From Gemmatimonadales bacterium (GTDB taxonomy: Bacteria; Gemmatimonadota; Gemmatimonadetes; Gemmatimonadales; GWC2-71-9), in the NCBI GenBank assembly GCA_039794085.1, contig JBDIWC010000025.1, positions 1-57,765 on the forward strand: 57,765 nucleotides of DNA. Direction: 5' to 3'. This document shows, in pieces, positions 27,512-37,867 of this stretch. The notes beneath the pieces were generated by a model. That model saw nothing but the letters and a program-made list of their open reading frames with translations, was not told the DNA's origin and did not search any database. Numbering within the stretch: the first letter of the stretch is position 1; every line of letters begins with the position of its first letter. A program made the translations under genes and the position numbers.

Positions 27512-28820
27512 TGGAATGTCCCTGGGGATGGTCCTGCTCCTGATCGGCACCACGAGTCCGATGGCGGCGCAGGAGCCACGAACGCGGGCCGTGGTGACGC
27601 TTCCCGAGGCGATCGAGATGGCGGAGCGGGTTCAGCCCCGGGTGGTCCAGGCGCTGGGCGCCATCCGGTCGGCGGATGCGCGCAAACTGGCTGCCACGGG
27701 CGCCTGGTTTCCGAGCTTCACGCTGAGCGGCACCGGCACCAACGACTTCTCCGAGGGGACCAGCCGTCTCGATCCGGCCAGCGGCACGCTCATCAGCGGC
27801 AACCGGACCACCACGTCCGTCCGGTCCACCGCGTCGGCCCAGTTCGAACTCTTCGACGGGTTCCGCCGGTCGGCCGAATCGCGAGCGGCCTCGGCCACGG
27901 GCCGCGCCGCGGACGCCAACTACACCGACGCGCGTTTTCAGCAGGCCCTGACCACGACCAACCAGTTCTTCGACGCCCTGTCGGCGCAGCAGCTGCTGGC
28001 GGTGCGGGAGGCGGGAGTGGCCCGGGCCCGGGAGCAGTTGAACACCTCCATCGCCCGGCTGCAGACCGGCGCCGCCACCCGGTCCGACACCCTCCGGTCG
28101 TCGGTCCTCCTCGGCAATGCCCAACTGGCGCTACTCACGGCGGAAACCCAGCTCGCCACGGCGGAAGCGAACCTGGCGCGGCTCATCGGGGTCGAGGGTC
28201 GAGTGGGTGCCGCCGATGATTCGGTGTTCTACACCACCCGCGCCCTGATCGACACGACCTCGTTGCGCATGGAGGCTCTGGCCCGGGCACCCCAGGTGCT
28301 GGCCGCGGAAGCCACACAACAGGCGGCGCGCGCCACGATGTCATCGTCCAAGTCGGCGTATTGGCCCACCTTGAACCTCACGGGTTCCGCCAACGTCAAT
28401 TCGTCCAGCACGACCGACTACCGGGTTTTCCGGGGCCGCAGCCTCTCCCTGAATCTCAATTGGCCGATTTTCAACCGGTTTCAGCGGGAACAGCAGGTCG
28501 CGACCCAGTCGATCGCCTACGACAACGCCGAGGCCGCCGCGGGCGAGGCCCGCCGCCAGGTGCAGGCCGATCTTACCACGCGGCTGGCCGAGCTGGAGGC
28601 GGCCCGCCTCCGGATCCAGATCACGCAGGCGAGCGTGGTCGCCGCCGAGGAAGATCTGCGCGTGCAGCAGGAACGCTACCGCCTCGGGGCCGGGATCATT
28701 CTCGATGTGCTCACGTCGCAGGAAGCGCTGAGCCAGGCCGAGGTGGATGCGGTCAACGCACGCTTCGACTACCTGCGCGCCAAGGCCCAGATCGAGACCC
28801 TGATCGGGAGGTCGTTGTGA
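27498..28820 (+). CDS. TolC-family outer-membrane efflux protein
   Basis: GGAGG before GTG 27498; signal peptide; duplicated OEP repeats; ERYRLG…LDVL. Confidence 0.9.
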   Translation: MGRGNGMSLGMVLLLIGTTSPMAAQEPRTRAVVTLPEAIEMAERVQPRVVQALGAIRSADARKLAATGAWFPSFTLSGTGTNDFSEGTSRLDPASGTLISGNRTTTSVRSTASAQFELFDGFRRSAESRAASATGRAADANYTDARFQQALTTTNQFFDALSAQQLLAVREAGVARAREQLNTSIARLQTGAATRSDTLRSSVLLGNAQLALLTAETQLATAEANLARLIGVEGRVGAADDSVFYTTRALIDTTSLRMEALARAPQVLAAEATQQAARATMSSSKSAYWPTLNLTGSANVNSSSTTDYRVFRGRSLSLNLNWPIFNRFQREQQVATQSIAYDNAEAAAGEARRQVQADLTTRLAELEAARLRIQITQASVVAAEEDLRVQQERYRLGAGIILDVLTSQEALSQAEVDAVNARFDYLRAKAQIETLIGRSL

Positions 28821-29575
28821 GTGACGTTCAGCGGCGGGCCACCGAGGCCCGGATGGCCCTGTTGCCGGCCGATGTGCCTCGGGATGCGGTCATCGTGATC
28901 CGGGATCTCGCCCGGGAGTACCGGATGGGAACGGAAATCGTGCGCGCCCTGCGCGGCGTGGACATCACGATCCGGCGCAATGAGTTCGTGGCCATCATGG
29001 GGCCGTCCGGATCGGGCAAGTCCACCCTGATGAACATGATTGGCTGCCTCGACACCCCGACCTCGGGCGAGTACTGGCTGAACGGGCACCGGGTGTCGGA
29101 GCTGAATGACAACGAACTGGCCCGGATCCGGAACCGGGAGATCGGGTTTGTATTCCAGACCTTCAACCTGCTGCCCCGGGCCACGGCGCTCCAGAACGTG
29201 GAGTTGCCGATGGTCTACGCCGGGGTGACCACCCGGGAACGCCGGGAAAAGGCCCAGGGCGCGCTGCAGCGCGTGGGCCTGGGGGATCGCATGGATCATC
29301 GCCCGAACGAGATGTCCGGGGGACAACGCCAGCGGGTGGCGATCGCACGGGCTCTGGTGAACAGCCCGAGCATTCTGCTGGCCGACGAACCGACCGGGAA
29401 CCTCGACTCGGTGACGAGCGAGGAAATCCTCGCCTTGTTTGAGCAGCTGCACGACGAAGGACAGACCATCATTCTCGTGACCCACGAACACGACATCGCC
29501 GCCCATGCCCGACGCCAGGTCCATCTGAAGGACGGCCGTGTGGAGAGCGACCACCCGACGGAGAAGACCGCGTGA
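28817..29575 (+). CDS. ABC ATP-binding protein (MacB/LolD-like)
   Basis: [31 protein letters not shown]. Confidence 0.95.
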   Translation: MSDVQRRATEARMALLPADVPRDAVIVIRDLAREYRMGTEIVRALRGVDITIRRNEFVAIMGPSGSGKSTLMNMIGCLDTPTSGEYWLNGHRVSELNDNELARIRNREIGFVFQTFNLLPRATALQNVELPMVYAGVTTRERREKAQGALQRVGLGDRMDHRPNEMSGGQRQRVAIARALVNSPSILLADEPTGNLDSVTSEEILALFEQLHDEGQTIILVTHEHDIAAHARRQVHLKDGRVESDHPTEKTA

Positions 29576-31122
29576 AACCCCATCTGATGTTCACAACCGC
29601 GCTGCTCACCGTGGCGGCCTGCAGCAAACCGGCCCCGGTCCCGGTGTACCAGGCCATCGCCGTGGAGCGACGGGACGTGATCGTGTCCGCCCGCGCGGCC
29701 GGCCAGGTTCAACCCGATACCGTGGTCGAGGTCAAGTCGAAGGCCTCGGGAGAGATCCTCGACATGCGGGCGGAAACCGGGCAACTGGTGAACCGAGGGG
29801 AGCTTCTGGTGAAGGTGGACCCCCGCACGGCCCGGAACCGATTCAATGAAGCGGAGGCCAACCTGACCGTGGCGAAGGCCCGGCTCGCCAACGCTGAATC
29901 GAAGAAGCGGCGGGCGGACGAACTGTTCAAGACCCAGTCGATCACCCAGGAAGAACACGAGAACGCGATTCTGGAACTCGCCAACGCCCAGGCGGCCGTG
30001 GTCGGCGCCGAGGTGGCGGTGGAGAATGCGCAGATCGCCCTGGAGGACACCGACGTCCGGGCTCCCATCAGCGGCACCATCATCTCCAAGAGTGTGGAGC
30101 GGGGTCAGGTGATCTCCTCCCCCACGTCCGATGTGGGGGGCGGGACCGTCCTGCTGCAGATGGCGGATCTCGACCTGGTGCAGGTCCGGACTCTGGTGGA
30201 CGAAACCGACATCGGGAAGATCAAGGCGGGTCTCGCGGCCACGGTCCGGGTCGATGCCTATCCGAATCAGCCCTTCAACGGCGAGGTGCTCAAGATCGAG
30301 CCGCTTGCGGAGACCGCCCAGAATGTGACCATGTTCCCGGTGATCATCCGGATCGAGAACCGGAACGGTCTCCTCAAGCCCGGCATGAACAGCGACGTGG
30401 AGATCCACGTCGGTCGGCGGGACAATGTGCTGGCGGTGCCGAACGCAGCCCTCCGCACCGCGCGCGATGTGAGCTCGGCGGCGATGGTGCTCGGCATGAG
30501 CGAGGAGGAGTTGCAGGCCGGACTTGAGGCCGCCAACGCGGCTCGTGACTCCGCGCGAAGTGCCGGCCGCCTGGCCCGCGGAGGCGACAGCACGGCCCGG
30601 CGCCCGGGGGCCCCGGTCAACGGCGGGGGAGAAACGCCGGCCAACGTGTTCACCACCCCGGATGGACGATCCATCCCCCTGCCCGAAGGGGTCACCGAAG
30701 CCAAGGTCCGCGAACTCATGCAGAAGCGGTTCGGCGGGGGCCAGTTGAGCAGCGAGGAGCAGGCTCTCCTGAGCCGGGTGACCGCCGCATTCGGAGGCGG
30801 AGGGGGACGGGGTGGCTTTGGGGGACCGGGCGGCGGCAACCGGCGCCCCCGGACCCAGAGCAACGATTTCCAGTTCGGGGGTGACTACATCGTCTTTGCC
30901 CTGCGCAACGGACGGCCCACCCCGGTGCATGTGCAGACCGGTTTGACCGATCTCGACTGGAGTGAGGTCACGAGCGGACTCACCGAATCCGACTCGGTGC
31001 TCGTGCTGCCCAGTGCGAGCCTGGTGCAGCAGCAGCAGGAGTTCAAGGACCGGGTGAACCGGATGACCGGGGGTGGCGGAGTTCCCGGAATGCAGCAACA
31101 GACACCCGCGAGGCCCCGATGA
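29572..31122 (+). CDS. Efflux periplasmic adaptor (MacA-like lipoprotein)
   Basis: Lipobox [30 protein letters not shown]. Confidence 0.9.
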   Translation: MKPHLMFTTALLTVAACSKPAPVPVYQAIAVERRDVIVSARAAGQVQPDTVVEVKSKASGEILDMRAETGQLVNRGELLVKVDPRTARNRFNEAEANLTVAKARLANAESKKRRADELFKTQSITQEEHENAILELANAQAAVVGAEVAVENAQIALEDTDVRAPISGTIISKSVERGQVISSPTSDVGGGTVLLQMADLDLVQVRTLVDETDIGKIKAGLAATVRVDAYPNQPFNGEVLKIEPLAETAQNVTMFPVIIRIENRNGLLKPGMNSDVEIHVGRRDNVLAVPNAALRTARDVSSAAMVLGMSEEELQAGLEAANAARDSARSAGRLARGGDSTARRPGAPVNGGGETPANVFTTPDGRSIPLPEGVTEAKVRELMQKRFGGGQLSSEEQALLSRVTAAFGGGGGRGGFGGPGGGNRRPRTQSNDFQFGGDYIVFALRNGRPTPVHVQTGLTDLDWSEVTSGLTESDSVLVLPSASLVQQQQEFKDRVNRMTGGGGVPGMQQQTPARPR

Positions 31123-32333
31123 TCATCGGGGAGATCATCCGGGTGGCCCTGTCGAGCATCCGGGCCAACAAACTCCGCGCCATCCTCACCATGCTCGGGG
31201 TGATCATCGGAGTGGCCGCCGTGATCACCGTGGTGGCCCTCGGCACCGGGGCCCAGCGCGCGGTGGAACAGCAGATCCAGGCCCTGGGCGCCAATCTGCT
31301 CAGCGTCTTCCCCGGACAGTCATTCTTTGGGGGACGCGCCTCCGAGCAGCGGGTGTCGATGACCACCGACGATGCCCTCGCCCTGGAGCGGGACGGAACC
31401 ACGCTGTCGGCGGTGGTGCCGGAAATGCAGCGGTCGCTGCAGGTCAAGTACGGGAACAAGAATGCGAACGTCAACATCATCGGGACCACGCCCAATTACA
31501 CCGAGGTGAAGAACCACCCCGTGATGTACGGGCGGATGTTCACCCCCGGCGACAATGCGGCCCGGCAGCGCTACGCTGTGGTCGGGTCGGCCCTCTCCAC
31601 CATGTTCGATGTGAACGCCGCGGGAATGATCGGGCAGACCCTGCAGATCCGGGGGATTCCCTTCGAGATCATCGGCGTGCTGACCGAGAAGGGGGCCCAG
31701 GGAAGTTTCAACAACCCGGATGAGCAGATTTTGATCCCTCTCAAGACGGCGGAGTTCCGGGTGTTCGGAACCGACCGGCTCCGGTCGATCAGCGTCCAGG
31801 TGCGGGAAGGCGTTCCGATCGAGCAGGGAATGGTGGACATCGAGAGGATCATGCGGCGGGAGCACAAGGTGCGCCCCGGGGCGCCGAACGACTTCCAGAT
31901 CCGGAATCAGGTCGAGATTCTCGCCACCCAGCAGCAGACCACCCAGACCTTCGGTGTCCTCCTGGCCAGCATCGCGGCCGTGAGCCTCGTGGTCGGTGGG
32001 ATCGGCATCATGAACATCATGCTGGTGTCGGTCACGGAGCGCACCCGGGAGATCGGCATTCGCAAGGCTCTCGGCGCCACCCGCCTCAATGTCATGCTGC
32101 AATTTCTGGTGGAGGCCGTCGTCCTGACGATGGGGGGCGGGATCCTCGGGATCGTCGTCGGCTGGGGGGCCTCGCTCGTGATGTCCGCCCGGTTCGGGTG
32201 GAACAGCGTGGTCAGCCTGCAGGCCGTGGCCCTCGCCTTCGCGTTCAGCGCCGGGGTCGGACTTTTCTTCGGACTCTGGCCGGCCAAGCGTGCCGCGAAT
32301 CTGAACACGATCGACGCCCTGCGGTACGAGTAG
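31119..32333 (+). CDS. ABC permease (MacB-like)
   Basis: LTMLGVIIGVAAVI; GGIGIMNIMLVSVTERTREIGIRKALGA; ALRYE. Confidence 0.95.
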   Translation: MIIGEIIRVALSSIRANKLRAILTMLGVIIGVAAVITVVALGTGAQRAVEQQIQALGANLLSVFPGQSFFGGRASEQRVSMTTDDALALERDGTTLSAVVPEMQRSLQVKYGNKNANVNIIGTTPNYTEVKNHPVMYGRMFTPGDNAARQRYAVVGSALSTMFDVNAAGMIGQTLQIRGIPFEIIGVLTEKGAQGSFNNPDEQILIPLKTAEFRVFGTDRLRSISVQVREGVPIEQGMVDIERIMRREHKVRPGAPNDFQIRNQVEILATQQQTTQTFGVLLASIAAVSLVVGGIGIMNIMLVSVTERTREIGIRKALGATRLNVMLQFLVEAVVLTMGGGILGIVVGWGASLVMSARFGWNSVVSLQAVALAFAFSAGVGLFFGLWPAKRAANLNTIDALRYE

Positions 32334-32600
32334 ACAATGAACAATGAACAATGAACAATGAACAATGAACAATGAACAGTGAACAGTGAACAGTGAACAG
32401 TGAGCGATGAACATCGTCCCGAGCTGGGCGATTGAAAACCAATGGCCATTGTTCACTGATCCCATGGTTCACTGATCATTGCTCATTGATAGTTGTTCCT
32501 CGCGGACGCCGGGGTCCATCGTAGCGGTAGACGGATTCCGGCACCCGGATACCGTTGGTCATTGTTCACTGTTCATTGATAATTGATCATTGTTCCCTGA
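32334..32600. repeat. Heptamer arrays in inverted arrangement
   Basis: (acaatga)6(acagtga)4 at 32334-32403; complementary tgttcac/tggtcat tracts at ~32443-32497 and ~32556-32600. Confidence 0.9.
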
Positions 32601-32610
32601 TCTTCCGGTC

Positions 32611-33444
32611 ATGTCCGGCCTCCCCACATCTCTCGCCGTCCCGTGGCGGACCGTTCTCGCCGCCATCCTGGTCCTGGCAATTGCCCATCTGTTCGATCCC
32701 TGGGCCTGGCAGCACCTGCGCTATGCGGAGGTCATCGACCACGACAGCGGGCGGGTGCTCCGGGTTCTTGGATACCTCCCCCTCTGGCTGGTTCTGGGCG
32801 GAGCCTTGGCCTGGCAGGGTCGGCGCGAGAGGGGTGTTGGGGACTGGGTGTTGGGAGCTGGGGACCCAATACCCAGCACCCAGAACCCAATACCTGGAGG
32901 TGAAAGGGGTGTTGGGGACCGGGTGTTGGGGGCTGGGGGCCCAATACCCAGCACCCGGAACCCAATACCCGGAGGTGAAGGGGGTGTTGGAGACCCAATA
33001 CCCGATACCCAGAACCCAATACCTGATGGGAGGAGGGAGGGGAGGCCCCGCTGGTGGCGGAGTCCGGCCATGCTCCTGGCATGGGGTCCGATGGCGGCGG
33101 GCGCCGCGACCGAAACGCTCAAGATTCTGGTGCGGCGTGAGCGGCCCGGGATATCCGACGGGCTCTATGTCTTCCGCACTTTCAGCGATGGCCTCTTTCA
33201 CGGATCCCCGTTCGGCCTGCCGAGCGGTCACACGGGAGTGGCCTTCGGGGCGGCAACGATCCTGGCCCGCCTGGCACCGCGCGCTGCCGTGGTGTGGTAC
33301 CTGCTGGCCGCGGGGACGGCCTGGACCCGGGTGGCTCAGGGGGCCCATTTTCTGAGTGATGTCGTCGCGGGGGGCCTGATCGGGTATCTGGTGTCCCGGA
33401 TGGTCTGGGATCGTGTCGTCACCGTCGGGACGGGTTCGCGCTGA
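32611..33444 (+). CDS. PAP2-family phosphatase with an in-frame repeat insertion
   Basis: KILVRRERP, PSGH and TRVAQGAHFLSD motifs are intact; 68-aa repetitive insert. Confidence 0.85.
   Translation: MSGLPTSLAVPWRTVLAAILVLAIAHLFDPWAWQHLRYAEVIDHDSGRVLRVLGYLPLWLVLGGALAWQGRRERGVGDWVLGAGDPIPSTQNPIPGGERGVGDRVLGAGGPIPSTRNPIPGGEGGVGDPIPDTQNPIPDGRREGRPRWWRSPAMLLAWGPMAAGAATETLKILVRRERPGISDGLYVFRTFSDGLFHGSPFGLPSGHTGVAFGAATILARLAPRAAVVWYLLAAGTAWTRVAQGAHFLSDVVAGGLIGYLVSRMVWDRVVTVGTGSR
32827..33030. repeat. 75+75+54-nt tandem units made of heptamers, inside the PAP2 CDS
   Basis: Units start at 32827, 32902 and 32977; each has gggtgttggg-type and cccaata/cccagca-type arms. Confidence 0.9.
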
Positions 33445-33477
33445 GTCCGTCTCCCTCTCCTTCACCCCCTCGTGCCC

Positions 33478-34473
33478 ATGCCCACAACAATCGTCCTCGG
33501 ATCCGGTCGCGCCGTGCCGGAGCGCGTGGTGACCAACGACGAGCTCTCGCGGATGATGGACACGTCCGACGAGTGGATCCGGGTGCGCACCGGAATCGAG
33601 CAGCGGCATTGGGTCACTGAAGGGGAGACGGGTGCTGACCTCGGGGCCCGGGCCAGTCGCGCTGCCCTGGAGATGGCCGGTCTTGGTGTGGCCGACGTGG
33701 AAGCCATCGTCTACGCCACCTCGACCCCTGATCACTTCTGCCCCGGCAACGGCGTGTACCTGCAGCGCCTTCTGGGAGCCGGTCCGATTCCGGCACTCGA
33801 CATCCGGGCTCAGTGCAGCGGGTTCATCTATGCGCTTTCGGTCGCCGACGCCTGGATTCGCTGCGGTCTCTATCGGCGCATGCTGGTGGTGGGACAGGAA
33901 ATCCAGTCAACCCGTCTCGATGTGAGCACGGAGGGACGGAACACCGCGGTGATCTTTGCCGATGGGGCGGGAGCGGTTCTCCTCGGGGTCTCACCCGACC
34001 CGGAACGGGGGATCCTCGCCTTCGATCTGCACGCCGATGGCACCAAGGCCGAGAACCTCTGGGTGGATGGGCCCGGTGCCATGCATCACCCTCCGGTGAG
34101 CATGGCGGACCTGGAGGCGGGGAAGTACTTCCTCCAGATGGATGGCAAGGAGGTCTTTCGGCACGCCGTGGTGCGCATGCCGGAATCGGTGCGGGTCGTG
34201 CTGGCTGCCACGGGGAAGACGCCGGAGCAGATCGACCTCCTCATTTCCCACCAGGCCAACCTCCGGATCAGCGAGATGGTCCAGCGAAATCTTGGGTTGC
34301 GGGATGACCAGGTCTACAACAACATCCAACGCCACGGTAACACCACGGCCGCCACGATCCCGATCGCCCTGGATGAGTGCCTGCGGGCCGGGCGGTTGGC
34401 CCCGGGGAACCTGGTGGTGCTGACCGCCTTCGGGTCGGGGTTCCTGTGGGGGAGCTGTGCCCTGCGATGGTGA
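33478..34473 (+). CDS. fabH: 3-oxoacyl-ACP synthase III
   Basis: DTSDEWI…RTGI; AQCSGF; FADGAGA; HQANLRI; GNT; AFGSG. Confidence 0.93.
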   Translation: MPTTIVLGSGRAVPERVVTNDELSRMMDTSDEWIRVRTGIEQRHWVTEGETGADLGARASRAALEMAGLGVADVEAIVYATSTPDHFCPGNGVYLQRLLGAGPIPALDIRAQCSGFIYALSVADAWIRCGLYRRMLVVGQEIQSTRLDVSTEGRNTAVIFADGAGAVLLGVSPDPERGILAFDLHADGTKAENLWVDGPGAMHHPPVSMADLEAGKYFLQMDGKEVFRHAVVRMPESVRVVLAATGKTPEQIDLLISHQANLRISEMVQRNLGLRDDQVYNNIQRHGNTTAATIPIALDECLRAGRLAPGNLVVLTAFGSGFLWGSCALRW

Positions 34474-34570
34474 CGGGGCTGAAGGGGTCGACAGTGAAAC
34501 CAAATCGGGTTATGTTTCGTCTTGAAACGTCACGACTCTGTCGGTCGTGCCTGAGACTGGAGGTGTTGCG

Positions 34571-34831
34571 ATGCTTGGACTTTTTCTGGTGACGGCGATC
34601 GCGATTGGGGGCTTCAGCCTGGCCCGGCAATTCGTCAAGAGGCGGCTGCGCTTCGTGGATGCGGTGCGAGCGCCGATGTTTCCCTTCCTGGTGGGGCTCC
34701 TGGCGGCGGTGGCCGTGTGGCCGCTGGCGATCCTCCCGGTGCTGACGGCGCCGATGGCGGCGATTTTCGGAATCGGAACCGGGCTGGGGACGGCGAGCGG
34801 GGTGAAGGCGCTCAAGCGCGGGGAGCCCTGA
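34571..34831 (+). CDS. Small membrane protein
   Basis: GGAGGT RBS; hydrophobic; ARQFVKRRLRFVDAV. Confidence 0.7.
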   Translation: MLGLFLVTAIAIGGFSLARQFVKRRLRFVDAVRAPMFPFLVGLLAAVAVWPLAILPVLTAPMAAIFGIGTGLGTASGVKALKRGEP

Positions 34832-34847
34832 GACCAGGAAAGACAGT

Positions 34848-34870
34848 GATTCCCGCATCGCGGGAATGAC
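34848..34870. repeat. REP-like palindrome gattcccgc…gcgggaatgac
   Basis: Hairpin shared with three other copies. Confidence 0.75.
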
Positions 34871-34900
34871 AGGCGTCCTCGGCTCCCCTATCTTTGTCTC

Positions 34901-35143
34901 ATGACAATGATCGATTGCATCCGATGCGCCCGCCAGGGATCACAGATGGGATTCCAGCCCTTTCAGAACGATCTCGGGAAGCGGGCCTATGAGCAGATCT
35001 GCACCGCCTGCTGGAGCGAGTGGCTCCAGCATCAAACGGCGCTGATCAACCATTACGGGCTCAACCTTCGGGATGCGAAGGCGAAGGAGTTTCTCTTCGA
35101 ACAGATGAAGCAGTACCTCTTCAATAGCGAACCCCGACCCTGA
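34901..35143 (+). CDS. Fe(II)-trafficking / oxidative damage protection protein (YggX family)
   Basis: LGKRAYEQIC…CWSEWLQHQTALINHYGLNL…FLFEQM. Confidence 0.85.
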   Translation: MTMIDCIRCARQGSQMGFQPFQNDLGKRAYEQICTACWSEWLQHQTALINHYGLNLRDAKAKEFLFEQMKQYLFNSEPRP

Positions 35144-36107
35144 ACGAGAGATCGAGGGCGGGCCCCGCGGGGGCCAGGTCCTCGGTGATGCCCACCTGCC
35201 ATTCCGGGCCGTTTCCAATCCGGAAGAGTCCCCCGAAGTCTATGGTCAGCTCCCTCTGGTCCAGGGCGGCGAATCCGGTCCCGTGGTATTGCGGGGAGAG
35301 ATAGATCACGTTCGCGAAGACCGCCTGCTGTCCCGAAAAGCGCCAGCGAAGCCCCGAGCTCACCGATCCGAAGGTGGTGTTCTGGAAGAGCTTGAGCTCG
35401 GTCTCATGTCTCGGAGTGTACCCCAGGCCGACGGTGCTTTCCCAGGTCCACCGCCGGGCGAAGGGAAACCGTCCGGTGGTCACGAGGTTGGTGGACGCGA
35501 CCCCTCGGCCGAACCCGGCGGGCCCGGTGCTGGTGGGGAGGGTGAGCATGAGGACGGTTTGCAGGTGCCGGGTCACCCGCCATCCGGCCCCGATCCGAAG
35601 GTCGCCGATGAAGGCTCCGTCGCGCTGACGGTCGATCACCACGCCGTTCGGGAGCTCGATTTGGTCGGCGAACTCATTCTCCGGGCGGTCCTCGCTGCGG
35701 GCTGGCACCGGGAGGCGGATGAAGTCGTGGTACCAGTTGAGGAAGGGATCGAGGAACCCGTTGTAGGCGCCCTCCAATCCGAGCGAGGCCATGACGAAGA
35801 TGGAGCGGGTGACGTCACGCGAGAGCATCAGGTCGGCGCGGAGATATTCACCGTCGAGAACATAGGAGCGCCCGTCGGCGCGCTCGTTCAGCTCGGCGCT
35901 GTTGGCGTAATCCACCAGCAGGTTGAAGCGCCAGCGGGGTGTGGGGTCGAGGTACGGCTGGGTCATGAGCCCGCTACGGGACGAGACGACGGGATTGACC
36001 GCGGCGTAGGGGGGGAGGGACTGCGCCCGCAGGCCGCCGGTCCCGGCCCCGCTGGCGGCCAGGAGCAGGAGGGCCGGGAGTGTCCGGCCGGAAGATGATG
36101 TGAGCAT
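35121..36107 (-). CDS. Outer-membrane beta-barrel protein (DUF3187-like)
   Basis: Signal peptide; GFLDPFLNWYH; LPTSTG; ITEDL; ends in an aromatic beta-strand. Confidence 0.65.
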   Translation of the reverse strand: MLTSSSGRTLPALLLLAASGAGTGGLRAQSLPPYAAVNPVVSSRSGLMTQPYLDPTPRWRFNLLVDYANSAELNERADGRSYVLDGEYLRADLMLSRDVTRSIFVMASLGLEGAYNGFLDPFLNWYHDFIRLPVPARSEDRPENEFADQIELPNGVVIDRQRDGAFIGDLRIGAGWRVTRHLQTVLMLTLPTSTGPAGFGRGVASTNLVTTGRFPFARRWTWESTVGLGYTPRHETELKLFQNTTFGSVSSGLRWRFSGQQAVFANVIYLSPQYHGTGFAALDQRELTIDFGGLFRIGNGPEWQVGITEDLAPAGPALDLSFRVGVRY

Positions 36108-36226
36108 GAGGGTGAAAGTAAACCGGGATGGCCCGGGAGGACGATCCCCTCGGTCTCCAGCGCGGCCCGCTGTCGTGACCAGTCGCGTCCTTGCGCCTTG
36201 GTGTTGAGTGCCCGTCTGCTCGACCA

Positions 36227-36252
36227 TGGACCCCGGCTTTCGCCGGGGTGAC
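36227..36252. repeat. REP-like palindrome tggaccccggc…gccggggtgac
   Basis: Same TGGA-stem-TGAC architecture as the other copies, with a compensated stem. Confidence 0.65.
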
Positions 36253-36283
36253 ATTCCGATGTACGCTCGGGACCCCGATTGCC

Positions 36284-37219
36284 CTAGCGTCCGACCGTTC
36301 CGGTCACCCTTTCCCTCTTCTTCAAGCGAAGAACCTCGAAAGTGATTTGCTCGTCCGGCTCATAGGTGCGAAGGATCCGCAGAAGGCCGCCCGGGGTGGA
36401 GGGCTTCCGGCCGTCCAGATTCAGGATCACATCTCCCGCCTTGAGTCCGAGGCGGCTCTTCTCGGGCACTCGGATGACCAGGATCCCTTCGGCCGTGCCG
36501 AAGTAGGCGCCAAGGTCGGGGTTGAGAGAAGTCAGCTCGAGGTCGGCCAAGGGTCCGCCAAACTCCCGAAAAACGGCATTGGGACGGGTTTCCAACATCC
36601 GGACCCGGATGTCATCGTTCGGGAAGAGCCGATCCATCCGCAACTCCGGCATCGTCAGGACCCGTTCGATGGAGCCTCGCAACGAGTCGTTCGCGCGGGC
36701 GTAGTCTCGCATGGTGAAGGCAAAGGCGGCCGGCTCACTCGCCGTGACGAGGGAGGTGGTTGTGCGTCGGCCGTCGCGGGAATACTCGACCGTGACGGAG
36801 TCGCCAGGTTCCAGCTTGGCCGCGAGTTCGATCAGACGGGCTCCCGGCGCCGATTCACCATCGCGCGGGTTGGAGGTACCCGGCCCGACCAGCCGCTCGC
36901 CGTTGAGCCGGGTGATGATGTCGCCGCTCCGGATGCCTGCTTTCGCGGCGGGGCCCCCAGGGGTCACGGCGCTGATCCTCGCTCCGATCGTATCCGTTTC
37001 GGCCGAGGGAGCCAGTTCCACCGTCACCCCGAGCCGGGCCCGGCGGAGGAGAACGTCCTGGACCCGGCCGGTGACCTCCTTCCCGTCGATCCAGATCCGG
37101 GGTTGTCCATCACGTCCCAGGATTCGAATGCGGGAGCGGGCCGAGGTATCCTGCGCCGCGATCGAAGGCGCCAGGGCCATGACGGCGAGCAGTGGGAAAG
37201 TGAGTGTGGTCATTCGCAT
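36284..37219 (-). CDS. Secreted protein with two PDZ domains
   Basis: Signal peptide; GPAAKAGIRSGDII and LGLKAGDVIL; no protease triad seen. Confidence 0.8.
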   Translation of the reverse strand: MRMTTLTFPLLAVMALAPSIAAQDTSARSRIRILGRDGQPRIWIDGKEVTGRVQDVLLRRARLGVTVELAPSAETDTIGARISAVTPGGPAAKAGIRSGDIITRLNGERLVGPGTSNPRDGESAPGARLIELAAKLEPGDSVTVEYSRDGRRTTTSLVTASEPAAFAFTMRDYARANDSLRGSIERVLTMPELRMDRLFPNDDIRVRMLETRPNAVFREFGGPLADLELTSLNPDLGAYFGTAEGILVIRVPEKSRLGLKAGDVILNLDGRKPSTPGGLLRILRTYEPDEQITFEVLRLKKRERVTGTVGR

Positions 37220-37234
37220 GGTGTACTCCCGGGC

Positions 37235-37867
37235 CTACAGGCCCGCGTAGCGTGCTCGGGTGAGATGGACGTCCATCAGGGCTCCGAGGAGTCCAACGCG
37301 CTCCCGCCAGAGCTTGAGTTCCTCGCCGATCCGCTGGGGGGCGGAGGTGGCGAGCTGGCCGGTCACCTGAATCCGATGGTCGAGGAGTCCGAGCTGATCC
37401 TCCAGGCGTGCGGCCATCGTGGCGGTACGGCCATCGAGGGAGCGCACGTCGAAATCGAGCGCACTGAGGGCCGCTTCCAGCTCCCGGGACCGGAGTTTGG
37501 CGAGCTGCAGTTCGGCTCCGGGGTCGAGTGTCAGGGAATCACTCCCGGACCCATCTGCGGACCCCGTACTCCGCGGAACGATAAGAACAGCGGCCAAGGC
37601 CGCGGCGGCCGCGAGGCCACCCAGGGCGCCCCAGCGAGCGAGGCGCCGCCGTCGTTCATGCCGAAGCGTCCGCTGGATATCGGGGAGGCGGCTCCGGGGC
37701 GGACGAAGGGTGGGCAGGGCCCGAAGGCGAGCCACCCGCTGGTGCAAGCGGTCGGATTCCGCCTGGCAGACGGGGCACGCCTCGAGGTGCCTGCGCGCGG
37801 CGTTGGTTCCGGGTTCGAGTCCCGGTTCGCGCAGAGCCAGAAGCTGGTCCATCGTGAGATGTGTCAT
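37235..37867 (-). CDS. zf-HC2 anti-sigma factor
   Basis: HLEACPVC motif and one TM segment; overlaps the ECF stop. Confidence 0.78.
   Translation of the reverse strand: MTHLTMDQLLALREPGLEPGTNAARRHLEACPVCQAESDRLHQRVARLRALPTLRPPRSRLPDIQRTLRHERRRRLARWGALGGLAAAAALAAVLIVPRSTGSADGSGSDSLTLDPGAELQLAKLRSRELEAALSALDFDVRSLDGRTATMAARLEDQLGLLDHRIQVTGQLATSAPQRIGEELKLWRERVGLLGALMDVHLTRARYAGL

Noticed and set aside
32334..33030. Repeat arrays as a possible CRISPR
   Set aside because: Tandem 7-nt and 75-nt units without unique spacers; no cas genes in the window
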